Source: Methanobacteriota archaeon (GTDB lineage Archaea > Hydrothermarchaeota > Hydrothermarchaeia > Hydrothermarchaeales > JACRDW01). Taken from it: DNA of 16,877 nt. The notes below the pieces were generated by a model that saw only the letters and a list, made by a program, of their open reading frames with translations, made no database searches and had not been told where the DNA came from. The translations under genes and the position numbers were made by a program. The stretch spans positions 1-16,877 of the forward strand of contig JBDRDL010000078.1 in NCBI GenBank assembly GCA_043820925.1. The letters run 5' to 3'. Below are positions 15,973 through 16,877 of this stretch, in pieces. Position 1 is the first letter of the stretch. Each line of letters begins with the position of its first letter.

Positions 15973-16877
15973 TTATCCACCTATTATATTGTCCATCGCA
16001 TCGCACAATAGCTGTCTGGATTCCCTGATTTTTTTCATTCTCTCCTTTAGGTTCTTAACTTTTTGAGAGACCAATTTTTCTCTGGAAGCTATCATCCTTC
16101 TGGCTTCGCCCTTAGAAGGTCCGCCTGTGACTTTTTTAGATTCTATTGCTGCCAGGGGCGAAAGTGTTTTTTTTATTTTTTCATCGCTCAACTCTATAGA
16201 CCTTCCTATGACCTTTTTTGAGATTCTCTCGAGCATTGTGCTATCTATCTTATTCTCGGCGACCATTCTTCCGACGATTTGATGAGCGGTTCTGAACGGT
16301 ATTTTTTCTTCTCTGACAAGCAAGTCCGCAAGCTCTGTTGCGGTTATAAAATTCTCGGTGCAGCTGAGCATTCTCTGTTCGTTGATTTTCAGAGTTTTCA
16401 GGATTTTGTTAAGAATAGAAAGAGAGCTTTGAGCAATTTCAAAGGAGTTGAGCAGCAGGGGAGAAATCTCCTGCAGGTCCCGGTTATACGCATAGGGCAG
16501 AGACTTAACCATAGACATGGAGGAATTCAGATTACCCATAACTCTGCTTACCCTAGCTCTCATTATCTCCAGAACATCAGGATTTTTCTTCTGAGGCATT
16601 ATGCTTGAAGTTGAGGAAAACTCGTTGCTGAGCTCTACAAATCCAAATTCAGAAGTTGACCAGAGTATGAGCTCTTCTATCATTCTGCTTAGGCTGAGCA
16701 TGAGAATTGAGACGCAGGAGAGCGTCTCAAGCATGAAATCTCTCGAAGCTACGGCATCAATGGAATTTTCTATCAATCCTTCAAATCCCAGGAGCTGCGA
16801 GGTTCTGTCTCTATTTATAGGGAAGCTTGTGGTTGCGAGAGCGCAGGAGCCGAGAGGGTTGAGATTTATCCTTTTAT
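15973..16877 (-). CDS. argH: Argininosuccinate lyase, 5' part outside the window
   Basis: NPLGSCALA, STSSIMPQKKNPD, YNRDLQE, ATELADLLV and PFRTAHQIVG motifs. The frame is open to the window edge. Confidence 0.96.
   Translation of the reverse strand, partial: KRINLNPLGSCALATTSFPINRDRTSQLLGFEGLIENSIDAVASRDFMLETLSCVSILMLSLSRMIEELILWSTSEFGFVELSNEFSSTSSIMPQKKNPDVLEIMRARVSRVMGNLNSSMSMVKSLPYAYNRDLQEISPLLLNSFEIAQSSLSILNKILKTLKINEQRMLSCTENFITATELADLLVREEKIPFRTAHQIVGRMVAENKIDSTMLERISKKVIGRSIELSDEKIKKTLSPLAAIESKKVTGGPSKGEARRMIASREKLVSQKVKNLKERMKKIRESRQLLCDAMDNIIGG

Overview
Archaeal (euryarchaeal-like) housekeeping region, mostly on the minus strand. Right to left: argH (partial), gatD (split into two overlapping ORFs), gatE (lacks the AspRS-like insertion domain), glmS, purA, pyrG, an AbrB/VapC toxin-antitoxin pair, guaAB, an intron-containing initiator tRNA-Met, a 33-aa CCCH zinc-finger ORF, a half ferredoxin and an MFS transporter, then nnrE-nnrD on + and tgtA (partial) on -. 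Two accessory layers are not explained by the ORF track. (1) A dispersed, modular palindromic repeat family. Its core is a strand-specific hairpin in which short Watson-Crick helices alternate with tandem GA/GA mismatches around a GNA triloop or a nested insert, with compensatory changes between copies. Copies abut the tgtA and pyrG start codons and the tRNA 3' end, and a related module is inserted in frame (84 bp) inside glmS. (2) A 1124-bp transposase-less element (36-bp imperfect TIRs, 8-bp target duplication) between purA and glmS, carrying a proteasome-beta-like Ntn-hydrolase gene with one in-frame stop plus a coupled 46-aa ORF. All calls are by eye; no database searches or folding programs were run.
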